The notes beneath the pieces were generated by a model. That model was not told the origin of the DNA and searched no databases. It was given only the letters and a program-made list of their open reading frames with translations. The translations under genes and the position numbers were made by a program. From NCBI RefSeq assembly GCF_009914755.1, contig NC_060941.1: DNA of 64,000 nt, one strand, 5' to 3'. Positions 49,601-61,400 of this stretch are shown here, one piece after another; position 1 is the first letter of the stretch, and every line of letters starts with the position of its first letter. This DNA comes from the human T2T-CHM13v2.0 reference genome, Homo sapiens.

Positions 49601-52600
49601 ACCACAGCTGTCCCAGGGAGGGGGTCCTGAAGCCAGTTGGCACCCTGACCGTGTCAGAGACACCATGCAGGGGCACAGTTCCCCCTGGGGGAAGAGGCAG
49701 TTCCCCCCTGCGCCTGGGCCCAAAAGGACGCCACTCGGAACATCAGGGACAGCAGCCACCGGTGGACACTGGCATTCCCACCAGTGGTGCTGAAACAGCT
49801 GGTGGGCCTGGAAGAGGGGTCTGGAGGAAGAGCACGGCGGGGCTGGCTTCTGAGTCCATGGGAAAGGCCACCTGGGCACCCTCAGTCACAGCAGAGATTG
49901 AGGAGGGGGCAGAGACTTGGTGAGGGAGGGGGACTCTGAGTGCCGTCCTCTGAGAATCACAGTGAGTGGGACCCCATCTGATCCCACAGATGGTGAGGTT
50001 GAGGACACTCAGCACACCCAGGATGAGGATACGCGGTCACGAGGTGAGGGGCACCACCTGGTCTAGAACCCTGGCCCAGGGGGCAGCAGGTGCTCTCTGC
50101 TTCACCTGTCTGTACCTCTGAGCACCTGCCCAGTCCACTGCCCGGCCACAGCCAGGGAGACTGAGTCAGCGCCGCAGGCCGTCCTGGGGCTGTGTTTCAA
50201 CTGTAAAATGGGACAGGCAAGGGAAGGCGGTGGGGTCCTGGGGAGGTGAGATGGGTGGCGGTGGGGTCCCTGGGGAAGGAGCCAGGCCACCTTAAGTGCT
50301 GTCCTCTCATAAGGAAAACCTTGCTGCCCCAGCCATTAGCCTCTCCTCCAGCAGGACACACCTGCCCTGAGCCATACCCCACCTTTGGAGGGGGTTGCTC
50401 TGGGCTGGACACAGGGATGCTCCCTGGGAGGCCTGAGCCCCTTACAGGATGCCCCCTTCCCAAGAGCAAAAGCAGGGCTTCCAACAGGGGGGCATCTGAG
50501 CAAAGGCCTGGGCTGCCCATGACTGGCCCGACCTTCCTTCCAGGTGCTCCCCAGCGCAGTGGGGGCATCGGGGGAGGGATTCCCTGTGGCATGTCCCATC
50601 CCACCCCCATACAGGATCTCTGTGGGACCATTCCTTGCCAACCTTTCCCCAAAGGACCAGAAACTGTCCTCACCCACGTCCCTAAAATCCACAAGCGGCC
50701 TGGCATCCCAGGGCTCCCTGCCCCCTCTGCTGTGGCTAAGACAGCAGCCAAGGACTCAGAGATAGATGCTTCAGGCTGGGGGACACACGAGGTCACAGAG
50801 TCCCTCCCTAAGACGCCAGCCAGGGCTGCGCTATGAGCTGCTGAGAGCTGAGAGCTTGTGGATTCCACAGCTCCTCGGCCACTTATGCTGGGTGGGGTCA
50901 CAGTTCTTGGCATCAAACCTGAGTCCCCCGGCTGCAGTCTGAACCTACTTCCTCTGGCACTGTTCTGTTCCTAGCTAGGCGGAGGCCTGGGTCTCCCTCC
51001 TGTACATCTGGACGGGTGAAGACTGAGCTCCCTGGCATCCCGTGGGCTGCCTGTTTCTGTTTCCCTTCTCCACACGTGCCGACCTCAGAGACGTGACAGC
51101 ACCTTCGCCCTGGAGAATCTGTTGTGTCCGTCACGCTCTCCCTGGCTCAGCCCTGACAGCCCCCGCAGTACGCGTGCACCCCACACTGCCTTCATCCACT
51201 GCCCAGCCCACGCCTGGGCAAGGCCCACCCCTTCCCTATGACCCCTCCCAGCCAGAGGAAGTGCCATGGGAGCGGCCAGTTGCACCCCTATGTAAGGTGG
51301 TGGAGCCTGGACTGGGAGATGCACTCAGGAACTGCTTAGGATAAGCACGCTCGTGCAGACCGTGGCAGGAGCGTGGGGAGGAAGGAGGACATGCCTGGCC
51401 CAGGAGCGGAGGGGACCCCATGCTGTGAAGAAGCACCCCCCACCGGCCCCAGGCTACCAGACCTCTCACTCAGGGTGGGACAACCTGCACCAAATGGGTC
51501 CATCCTGTGCTGCTGGCCACTCAACTTTCCAGGCACTGGGGCCCCTGGGTCTCTCGCCCAAGCTCTGTTGGTTGGCTCAGCCTGGCGTAGCACTGCCAGA
51601 AGATGGGGAAGGTGCTGGGAAGCACCGGGAACCTGCTGATCCTCACCCGGAACCGAGCTCTCAGCCAGGGTCCCCGACCTGATGTCTCAGTCCTCTCAAA
51701 TGCCTGCCCCAGGGCAGGCGGCAGTGCCAGGCCAGCTCTCATCTGAGCCTGCTCTGCTCCCATCAATCAGTAGCAAGCTCCTCCTGGCCTGTGACAGCCA
51801 CTTCCTAGGAGATAGTCACCACCTGGCAGGGGCCACCCCTCTCACAGTCTTAAGCCAGAGTGGACGATTCACACTCGCTCTAAGAAGGAGGCTCCATCCC
51901 AGGGGCGTGGGGACAGCTTGTATGGTCCTGGGATTCTGCACATTCAGCCACACGCCTCTGACCTTCACAACCCTGGCATCCCCCAGGACTCCCAGAGGTC
52001 CAGGCCCTCCTCCGGCTCGAGATCTTCCCTTCACCAGAGGCACCCCTGTTTGGGTTCTGAACCCCAGCGGGGTAGCCCCTGGATGCATCCTCACAGAGAC
52101 ACACACACGTGCTCACATGCATGGACTCACACACGCAGCCTCTGTGCACACACGCAGGCCTCGTGGACATGTGCTCACACAGACCCTCTTCATGCACACA
52201 CACACACACACAGCCCTGTTCATGCACACTCACAAGACACGCAGTCCCTGTACACGTGTACACACACACACATTCCCAGTGCATTCTCACACAAGCACCC
52301 CTGAATGACAGGAGCACCCTCCAACCCCCAGGCCATTGTGAAATTATCAAATATCCTCAGGCAGGGGGCGGGGCAAAATCACCCCCTGTTGAGAATCACT
52401 GACCCAGACACGCCTTACCCGACCCCTCCACACACACGCGCCTGCAGTGATCGTGCACGCAGCAGTGCACCTGCACACCTACACACATTTCCCACCCCCC
52501 AGTCCACCTGCCTGGACTTGGGCTTGCCCTCCACTGCCTGCCCCCCGGGACCTGAGCGCCTCCTTTCCTCCCAGCCAAGCTGCTGGCACCTGGCCTGGCC

Positions 52601-53099
52601 CGGGCACGCGGGGAGGGTGTCGGGGGGAGGAGGCGGATGGCTTCTTTTCCCGTTAGGCGCCTGGCTCATGGAAGAGGCGAGTGTGGATCTAATCTTCAGC
52701 TGATTAAATGTCCCTCATTAATGAGTTTCTTTAATTAATGAAGTTTTTGGGTCTGCTCCACTTGCTTTATTCCAGCCACACTCTGCCTTCTCAGCACAAA
52801 GCGGGGCCATTTCCTCCCGGGTAATTGAGGGAGCCGCGGCCCGTTCCTGCCGACGCTGCACTTTGCTGATTGCGCCTGTCAACTCGGGGCTGACAACTCC
52901 ATTTTTAAACATCTTCTTCTCTAGAAGCCATGTGCACATGTGTGCTTGCACAGGCGGAGGCACATCCCAGGCAGCCCGCCCCCGCCAAGCACTGTCTCCG
53001 TCACACGCCAGGCACACACACGCCCACTCACGCGGACAAGGCACGCTCGTGGGCAGGTCTGATCTGCAGCTGGGAGCCTCTCCAGGCACCCAGAGGGGC

Positions 53100-54290
53100 G
53101 TGTGTCACCGAGCCTGCGAGGCACACTCCCACCGCAGGAGCAACCTGTACATGCCTGCACACTCACTGCACACATCCGTGTGCAACACGCACACTCAGAC
53201 CGTGCATGCCTCTACGTACCTGTATTCCCCATGTGCATACACACAGTACACACTCGCACACTGTGTGGACTCACCCGAGCACGCTCGTGTGTACCATGTC
53301 ACACGCAGGTGTGAACACCCGCACGCACACACTCCACACATACACAGTGCACACTCTCATACTGTGAACACTCACTCCACACTCTCACACTGTGAACACT
53401 CACTCCCAAGCTCATGCACATACACACCACGTCACAGTCATGTCCAGGTAATACGTACAGCCCACACTGCATCCACACGCATATACACTGTGCATGCTCA
53501 CTCCTGAGCACACACAACCAAAACACACATTACACCTGTATGGTGATGCAACCCCTCACCCACACACACATAGCACGTGTTCACACCTCCTCACCCACAC
53601 ACGCACATACACAGCACATGCATTCACACCCTCACCCATACACATGGACACAGCACATGCGTTCATGCCCCCCTCACCCACACACGCACACACACAGCAC
53701 ATGCATTCACACCCCCTCACCCATACATATGCACACGCACATGTTCATGCCCCCCTCACCCACACATGCACACACAGCACATGCGTTCACACCCCCTCAC
53801 CCACACACGCATGCACACAGCACGTGTTCACACCACCATCCACAAACATGCACACAGCACATGCCTTCACGCCCCCTTACCCACACACATGCGTTCACAC
53901 CCCCTCACCCACACACATGCACACAGCACACGCATTCACGCCCCCTCTCACCCACACACGCAGGCATACGGCAATGCATTCACACCCTCACCCGCACACG
54001 CACACAGCACATGCATTCACACCCCCCTCAGCCCCACACATGCACACAGCACATGCGTTCACACCCCCTCACACACATGCACACAGCACATGCGTTCATG
54101 CCCTCACCCACACACGCACGCACACAGCACGTGTTCACACCCCTCACCCACACACACATGCACACAAGCACATGTTCACACCCACTCTCACCCACACACG
54201 CACAGCACATGCGTTCACGGTCCTGCCTTGGCATGCTCACACCTGGGCTCACACCCATGTCCACACACATTCCAGTTCACACACTCACCT
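53100..54290. repeat. CA-rich low-complexity region/VNTR (about 40-bp unit in 53560-54220)
   Basis: cacacagcacatgc(a/g)ttcacaccccctcacccacacacatg units. Confidence 0.92.
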
Positions 54291-55249
54291 AAGGCACCCT
54301 CCCCACAAACACAGGGCCCCCCCCACCCCGACACAGGGAGACCACAGATACACAGGCATCAGGCAGGGCTGTGCCCACCCCAGAGGAGGAAGAGCTTGCT
54401 ATGGATGCCTGCATGCCAGGTGACTATGTCTCCAGGTCCACCTGTCATCCAGATGACCTGCCCAGCCGCATCTTGGCCCTGCTGGCTGCACTTCCTGCTG
54501 TGACTGGGTGCCAGCTCTGGGCTCCAGGGCCTGGAAGGACGATTTACACCTTCTCATTGGCTCGTGAAGAGCTCTCTGAATTAAAAGCATTCATCTTCTC
54601 CTGCTGACCGGGATGTGGGCTCCTTCCCCGTGAGGCTGGCCGGAACTGGGCAGGCAGGGTCACAGCTCCAGAGCCAGGGAGGAGGATGCACTGCCGGCCA
54701 GACTCTCCTGTGGGTGGGCACGTGGCTGTGATGCAGTGGGGGACCAATGGGACAATTCTTTCCTACCAGGATCTGCCCACCACCAACCGCGAAAAAGGAG
54801 ATCCTTCCCAAAGGCAGAAATGGGCCCTTCTGCCGCTAGGGATCAGCCAGGAGTGGCTGTGCCCAGGGCAGGATGAGCATCTCTGCACTGACGATGCCGG
54901 AGGGGCAGAACCACCGTGTGTGCCCGGGGAGGACGTCTTGCTGACTTCATCCCAGCCAGACGACGTGGGTGTCACTATCCCCATGTTACTGATGGGAAAA
55001 CTGACGCCGAGAGAAGCCAAATAAGTCTCAGGCTTTCCCTGCAGGTAAAAGGGGCAGGGCCAGGCCTGGTGTCCAGCTCTGTCTCACTCCCAGGCCCATC
55101 TCTCCTGGTCCCGCGGCCCTGCCAGGCCACCCCGCCCTGTGGCTTCCCCAAGAGGGTTCTGGCATCTCCATGGGTAGCTCTCCCGCCCAGCAATGACAGC
55201 CTCGCATGTCATTGACCAGACTCTTCCTGCGCAGCCCTTGGCAGAGTCT

Positions 55250-55760
55250 TCACCATACCTGAGGGGAATGTGCTGTGATCTCCATTGTACAGGTGAGGAA
55301 ACTGAGGCTGCGAGAGCTTAGTGGCTATGGGCAAGTCACGCAGCTCAAGTATAACAGCTCAGCTCATCTCTGAGCCCAGGGCCATTTCCATCTCTCCACT
55401 CTGAGCCCCATTTCTGTATCTCCAGCCCTGGCCCTGGAGGGTGAACCCTGTATGATGCCACACCCAGCCTCTGAGCTGAGATGCCACTGCCTCCTGGGCA
55501 CCAATCACACACCTGTCTCCAGGTGCATGTGTGGGCCAGACACAGCGTGTGCCAAGCACCTGCTGCAGGCTGGCACCGGCACCCACATTAGCTGTAAAGC
55601 TCACGATGGCCCAGGCGGTGACAGTCCCTGGTTTTGCAGACAGGGAAACTGAGGCTCAAAGAGAGAGAAGGACAAGCTACAGTCCCACAGCTCGGAAGCA
55701 CAGCATGACAGACCAACCCAGGCGTGTGCCACAGAGCTTTAGTCTCCTAGCATGTTCTAG
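55250..55760. mobile_element. MIR fragments
   Basis: Two cores of type acaggtgaggaaactgaggct and gcagacagggaaactgaggctca. Confidence 0.6.
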
Positions 55761-58700
55761 AAAAGTGCTCCATGGCCAAACTTCTTGGGGAAAATGCCAC
55801 CATGCTGTCTAGAAAAGGCCCGGAGAAGTTCTGCAGTGGAGAGACAGGTTTAACTGTGCTGGGCATGCCATCCATCCCTCACACTTCTCCACCCGGAATT
55901 CTTTTTTTTGCCAAAGACCTATCAGAAGTAGAGATATTTGGGAAACGGAGCCAGATGCCATGCTGAGGGCTGGGGTTGGTCCCTTGAAAGGACACCTGGC
56001 TGTGCTCACAGAGGTCCTCTCCTACCAATGCTGAAGACCCTTGCTGGGTGACAGAGGCAGCCCGGGTGGCTTCGCAGGGATGGTCCTGGGATTTCCTGAG
56101 CACTCTCTGGGGACAAAGCTCTATACTTGGAGAGTGCAGGGGAAGCCCAGGGCCCAGCAGGGTGGCAGCTGCCTGGTAAACGGGGATGCACCGTGGCTCA
56201 CGCGGCTGTCGATACAGGCAGAACGGAGGCCTGAGAGCTCCTGGACTGATGAGCACTGTGGCTGGGGACAGAATTGGGAGGGGTCAAAAGACTGGTCTTT
56301 CTGCAATAAGCGAGAGGGCTGAACCTAAGATTAGTGTGATTGGACTCAGGAGCTGGGGTTGGGGCAGGAATGCTTATGAGCAGGACACTGTTGGGGGCCA
56401 GCCAGGAGCCCCCTTTGCTGCTGGGAGTTACCCAGAGAGCAGGGAAGGCTACAGAGTTCACGCAGGCAGAAGGCAGAGGCCCTGCCTAGGGCTCCGGGAG
56501 GGTCTCTTCTGGGCATCTGATTCTGAAATCTCAGTTCTATCACAAGAAGCCAGTGTTAAATTTCTCTTCTTATAGTGGCTCAGAGGGGGTCAGCATGGGG
56601 CCTGAGGTTACACAGCACATCAGCAGGGGAGGGTCAGGTGGTTGGGGTGGGGCTGGGTCTCCTGATGTCCAAACACTTACAGAAAGCCACAGCCCCTTGG
56701 CAATGTGCCTGGGTCGGGCAGGCTAGAGCTTGAGTCCTGAGAAGTTGGGGGTCCCTCGGTAAGTCCTTCACCTCCCTGGGGGTCCTGTTTCCTCATCTGT
56801 AAAGCAGGCATAAGACAGCCTCCCTGGGCAGGCTGTGTGAGGACTAAAGCTGTTAACACAGGTGAGCGGACGACACAGTGCCCCCCGGTCGCAAGCAAAA
56901 CAGACAGTGATGCCGGAAGTGAGCGTTATCTATGAGAACCCTGCTGCCTGGGCACCCCAAGGGAGCTCTGGAGAGCCAGCCTGGCCTCCCCTACCTGACC
57001 TCACAGGAAGAAAGGGACGCACACAGGTAGGAAAGCAAAGAAACCCTGAGAAAGAGGAGGAGACGGGGCGGGGCCCAGGACGGGATCCTTGCCCGCTGCC
57101 TCTGAGTTTGTGGGAAGGGAGGGAAAAGGTTGGTGCTGCTATCCTTTTACGATGCTTTGAAATACCGTCTGGATGAAGGGAAATTAAATATCGCAGCTTT
57201 TAACTGGAGCCACACCGAAAACACAACCTTGCAGTAAATAAAAAGACGATTTACCACCGTGACACTTTCATTTCACAAAACTCCCTGTGTGCCTTGTCTG
57301 TAATTATTCCCTCCCGGTCCCCGGCCTCTGGCCCGACTGTATTACCTGCCTCTGGGGATGGGGAGGTGGCTGCGGAGCCTCCAGGGGTGGGAGCAGCCCC
57401 GTTGGAGAGGCAGGAGGGGTCTGAACATGGTTCATTATGATTGAGATTAAACTGAAAAATCAATTTTTAATTGAATGTATTCTTCAAACAGACCCTGTTG
57501 CCCACGGCTGAGCACTAATGGAATTTCCATCCTAAGCCGCCCCTTCTCCTTGACGAGCCCTCCCCAGCCTGCTGACCCCAGCAGGACTCACCAGGCCAGC
57601 AGATCTGCCCCTACTGGGGCTGCAACGCTGCAACTAAACTCCGCCAGCGGGGCACGGTGGCGGGAGGCCACTCGTGGGTGTGTGGAGGTGGGGAGGGGCT
57701 GGATGGTGGAGAGTCTGTCTTCTCCACGTAGACTGGCTGGCCAGCTGGGGGGTGCCGGGGGTGCACCTGGGCTCCTCTGAACAGGCCGAGGGCTGCTGCT
57801 TCTTGACCCAGTCTGGGGCTCTTACGAAGTTGTTGAAAGATGGGTCTGGGCTTCTAGGCACAGGGGCAGGGACACAGCCCCCAAGGTCCTCTGGTTCCCA
57901 AGAGACTTTTCTACCAAGAGCCATGTTCAAGGATGGGGGGAGAACCAGGCCCCTGGGAGTAATGCCCCCCATAACCCTGAAGACCACGGCCTCCCACCCA
58001 TGCACGTGGCCCTGCCTGGCATCCCACTGAGTCCAGGTCCCAGGACTAGAAGACGAAGAGGGAGGCCCAGGACAGGGACATCCTGGTGCACGGTGGGCTG
58101 CTGTGTGAAGGATGCTGGTCCCTGCACATCTGCTTCCCATCTGTAAAGGGGACTCACAGCAGGCTGCAAGGGCTGGGCTAACAGTAAGAAGGGTGGGACC
58201 ACCTGCCTGCCATACCTTGGACCCCACAAGAAGGGGGGTCCCTGTGTCTGTGTTTTGGGCAGCCTTGCATCTGACCGTGGCGACTAGCACTGACCGGATC
58301 TTGGCTGTGCCAGCTCGCCCGAGTCCACCCCGTTCTCTGCCCACCCTGCCTCTGTCCTTACAGGCCCCCTGGAGAGTTCCCCAAGCCTGTTCCTGGGGGA
58401 CCTGGATATTCTGGGGACAGTTCTGTGGATGGTGCTGTCCTTGTTGGTGGAGCGGGGGGTGGGGGGGGGTTCTATAAATCCATCTCAGGCATTTCTCCTT
58501 CTCCAAGCCAGCTCCACCTCTGACCCTCTTTTCCTCCACTCCCTGCTGCCCCCACAGCTCAGAAGCCAACCCACCCACAGCGTGGGGGTCTCCTCCCAGG
58601 CTCGCCACTACCCTGTGCAGAGCAGTTCCTTGATGAGGCTGGGCCTTGGCCACCAGAATCGGGGTTCTCCCCACCAGGGACACCTCTGCTCTGGCCACAG

Positions 58701-59479
58701 GTGACCCCCTTCGCTCGGCACCAACGCCACGTGCAGGAGCTCCCTAGGGACAGGAACGGGGTAGGGGACCGTCGTCCTCCAGCACAGGCCCCCACACCTG
58801 GAAGCCACTCTGCATCTGAGGCTGGGCATGTTTTGGGTTGGAAGGTGGGTGGTGCCCTCGGAGCCCCTCCTGCAGGAAGCACTGACTCATGAAGACCCCC
58901 TCCATTTTCAGTCGGTGAGGACCCCCGACCTGCAGTGCCTGGGCTCAAGCCAGGACACCCCAGTGGAGGGTGCTCTTCACGGCCACCCCTGTTCCTATTT
59001 AACTGCAGGCCAGGACGGACACCCCCATCCTTCCACTGAAGGGTGGCCACGAAGGGGGACAGACCTGCTTGGCCGGTGCCTGGATGGTAACAGGCCCCCG
59101 TGCCCAGCTCTGCCCGTGACACCCTCCAGAGGAGGACACATCTAAGCCACAGGCCCGGCACTGGCATCGAGGGGTCCAGAGATCTCCCTGCAGAGGATGT
59201 CGTGTGTGGGTGGAGGGATGCGCTGACCTGGCCAGAGAGGGGGGCCTGCCTCCCCCTGCCTCTGAGCCAGGCCAGGCCCTCCAAGCCGTCCTGGCATCAG
59301 TGGGTGGCCAATGGGCCTGCTCTCGAGGCAGGATCCGTGAGGCCTGAAGAATTGTCCCGCTCTACCCCCGCCCCATGGCTGCCTTGTTTAAAAATGTGCC
59401 AAGATTTTGCAGGACGGCCACGGAGGGTGGGGTGGGCAGAGTAGGCGGGAGACGCCTACCACAGAGGCGTCACATGACC

Positions 59480-59835
59480 CCCAGCTTCCCAAGGTCCCTC
59501 CCCAAGCCTCCTAGCTGCCTCCTGCAGGCCTCACTCAGAAGCTCTTTCCTGGTGTGGGGCAGGTCCAAGTCTAGATGTTTCTAGAAGCTCAAGCATGCTC
59601 TGCGCCCCACTGCTGGGGCCTGGGTGAGAGGAGTTGGTGGGTGGAGGGGGCAGGGCTCATGCCGCAGACCTGAAGCCAAGCCCAGGGTTGAGCCACAGGA
59701 GGAGGAAGAAGCACCCCTCTCCCGGCCCTGGGACCACGGTTCCAATCCTGCCTATGTCCCCGAACGCCGAGTGCCTCCTGAAGGCCAATGAACCTCTCTG
59801 GGTTTCTGTTTCCTAGTCCTAAACTGAGGACTAGG
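59480..59835 (+). repeat. About 350-bp local duplication, copy 1
   Basis: Colinear with 63340-63688, with many long identical blocks. Confidence 0.9.
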
Positions 59836-60339
59836 TGCCCCCCACTCGGGCACAGGAAGGCAGAGCTCAGGTGCCAAAGACCAGCCTGAAGTGTAGATGT
59901 GTCAGAGCTGAGGGCCCGAGGCAAACGCCCTCCCTTCACAGATGTCTCCTGGCCCACAAAAGGGGCAGACGGGCCGCTGCCTACCCACCTCCGAGCTGTC
60001 ACCAGGTTCCGAGTCCAAAGGAGACGAGCGCACCTGTGCTCCCACACGCTGGTTCCCACCTGAGCCAGGGAAGGAGAATCCACAATGATGCCTCGAGGCT
60101 CTCAGCAGGGACTGGCACTGAATCGCAGCAAGGTGGGGGCGGGACAGGGTGTGCGGGGTCCTTAGTCGCTGCCTGTCCTAGGAGATCAGGGGAAACTGAG
60201 AAACTGCCCAGAAAAACAGCTCAGGAAGCCCAGAGCCCGAGTTTGGGCACAGATTCTGTCCCATCATCGAGCTCAGCCAGGACCCCCAACACAGGAGCCT
60301 GCGCACGTCCTATCCGAGTGTGCACCTGCGTCTCCTGGG

Positions 60340-60600
60340 GTCTTGCAGAGATTCTGACTCAGTGGTATGGGATGGGCTGAGTGTATTTCAAATAAGTTCC
60401 CGATGTGCGTGGCGGTTCTGAAACGTGGCCGCACCCTGAAATTGCCTTGGAAGCTTTAAAACATACTGGTGCCTGGGTGCCCTCCCTGGAGAGGGTCTGA
60501 GGCCACTGGCCTGGGGCGAAGTCTGGCCACAGGGACTTTAAAGGCTCCTGTGGTGATTCCAATGTGCAACCGAGTTTGGGAAGCACCTGCTCTCCGTGTT
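60340..60600. mobile_element. MER5-type fragments
   Basis: gagattctgactcagt...; tttaaaggctcc...gtgattccaatgtgcaaccgagtttgggaagcac. Confidence 0.55.
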
Positions 60601-60859
60601 CTCCGGAGCCAGCCCACAGGCCAGCCCAGTCGGCTCTGAGAGGGGGCCCCGCCCCACCGCCCTGGCCTTCCTTCTGGGGGCGCAGAGGCCTGCTGAGCAC
60701 TGGCCCCGCATGTGGTGGCAGCAGGGAGGAAATGGGGCATTCGCCGCTCTGTGGTTGTGTTTTTTCTGCCACCACCACAGGCAAGGCGTTCGGCAAAGTG
60801 AGTGCATAGTTCCCACTCAGCACCTGGACCCACTGACACGTGGATCCATGCGGCCCACA

Positions 60860-61400
60860 CGGGGGCTCTCAGCCGGGCGACGGTGCCCTGCAGGGGACAT
60901 TTGATGACTGCTGGGGACAGGGTAGGTCAGCGTCTCCAACCTTTTTGGTACCAGGGACTGGTTTCATGGAAGACAATTTTTCCAAAGGCCGCCGGGGGCA
61001 GGGGGGTGGTTGGGGAGGGATGGTTTTGGAATGAAACTGTTCCACTTCAGATCATCAGGCATTAGATTCTCATAAAGAGCATGCAACCTGGATCCCTTGC
61101 ACGTGCAGTTCACACGTGAACTGTGCCCCTTTGAGAATCTAATGCCGCTGCTGATCTGACAGGAGGTGGAGCTCAGGTGGTCACGGCAGCGATGAAGAGC
61201 GGATATGAATACAGACGAAGCTTCACTCCTCTGCCCGCTGCTCACCTCCTGCTGTGCGCCCCAGTTCCCACCAAGCCATGGAGGGGTTGAAGACCCCTGA
61301 CGTAGGTTGTCACAACGTGGGGTGTCCCTAGCATCGAATGCAGGGAGGCCAGAGATGCTGCTCCACCTCCTACAGACGCCCATCAGAGTCTGACCCAGCC
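60860..61400 (+). mobile_element. MER20-like element split by the MER1 insertion
   Basis: caggggacatttg on the left. ggttgtcacaac...gaggccagagatgctgct...cctaca on the right. Confidence 0.6.
60928..61299 (+). mobile_element. MER1B-like hAT-Charlie MITE
   Basis: TIRs cagcgtctccaacc / ggttgaagacccctg. Internal ggcattagattctca...tgagaatctaatgcc. Imperfect 8-bp TSD gggtaggt/acgtaggt. Confidence 0.85.

Noticed and set aside
51395-51445. Peptide GVLLHSMGSP resembling an RBFOX1 alternative N-terminus (recalled as GVLLHPYGVP)
   Set aside because: Short match with no suitably placed upstream ATG and no GT donor. Probably chance.
53414-54503. Three overlapping about 300-aa His/Thr/Pro-rich ORFs
   Set aside because: Artefacts of the CA-rich repeat, which lacks stops in all three frames.
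57634-58698. 354-aa - strand ORF, and other long intronic ORFs
   Set aside because: No recognisable homology or exon signals. Long ORFs are expected by chance at this GC content.
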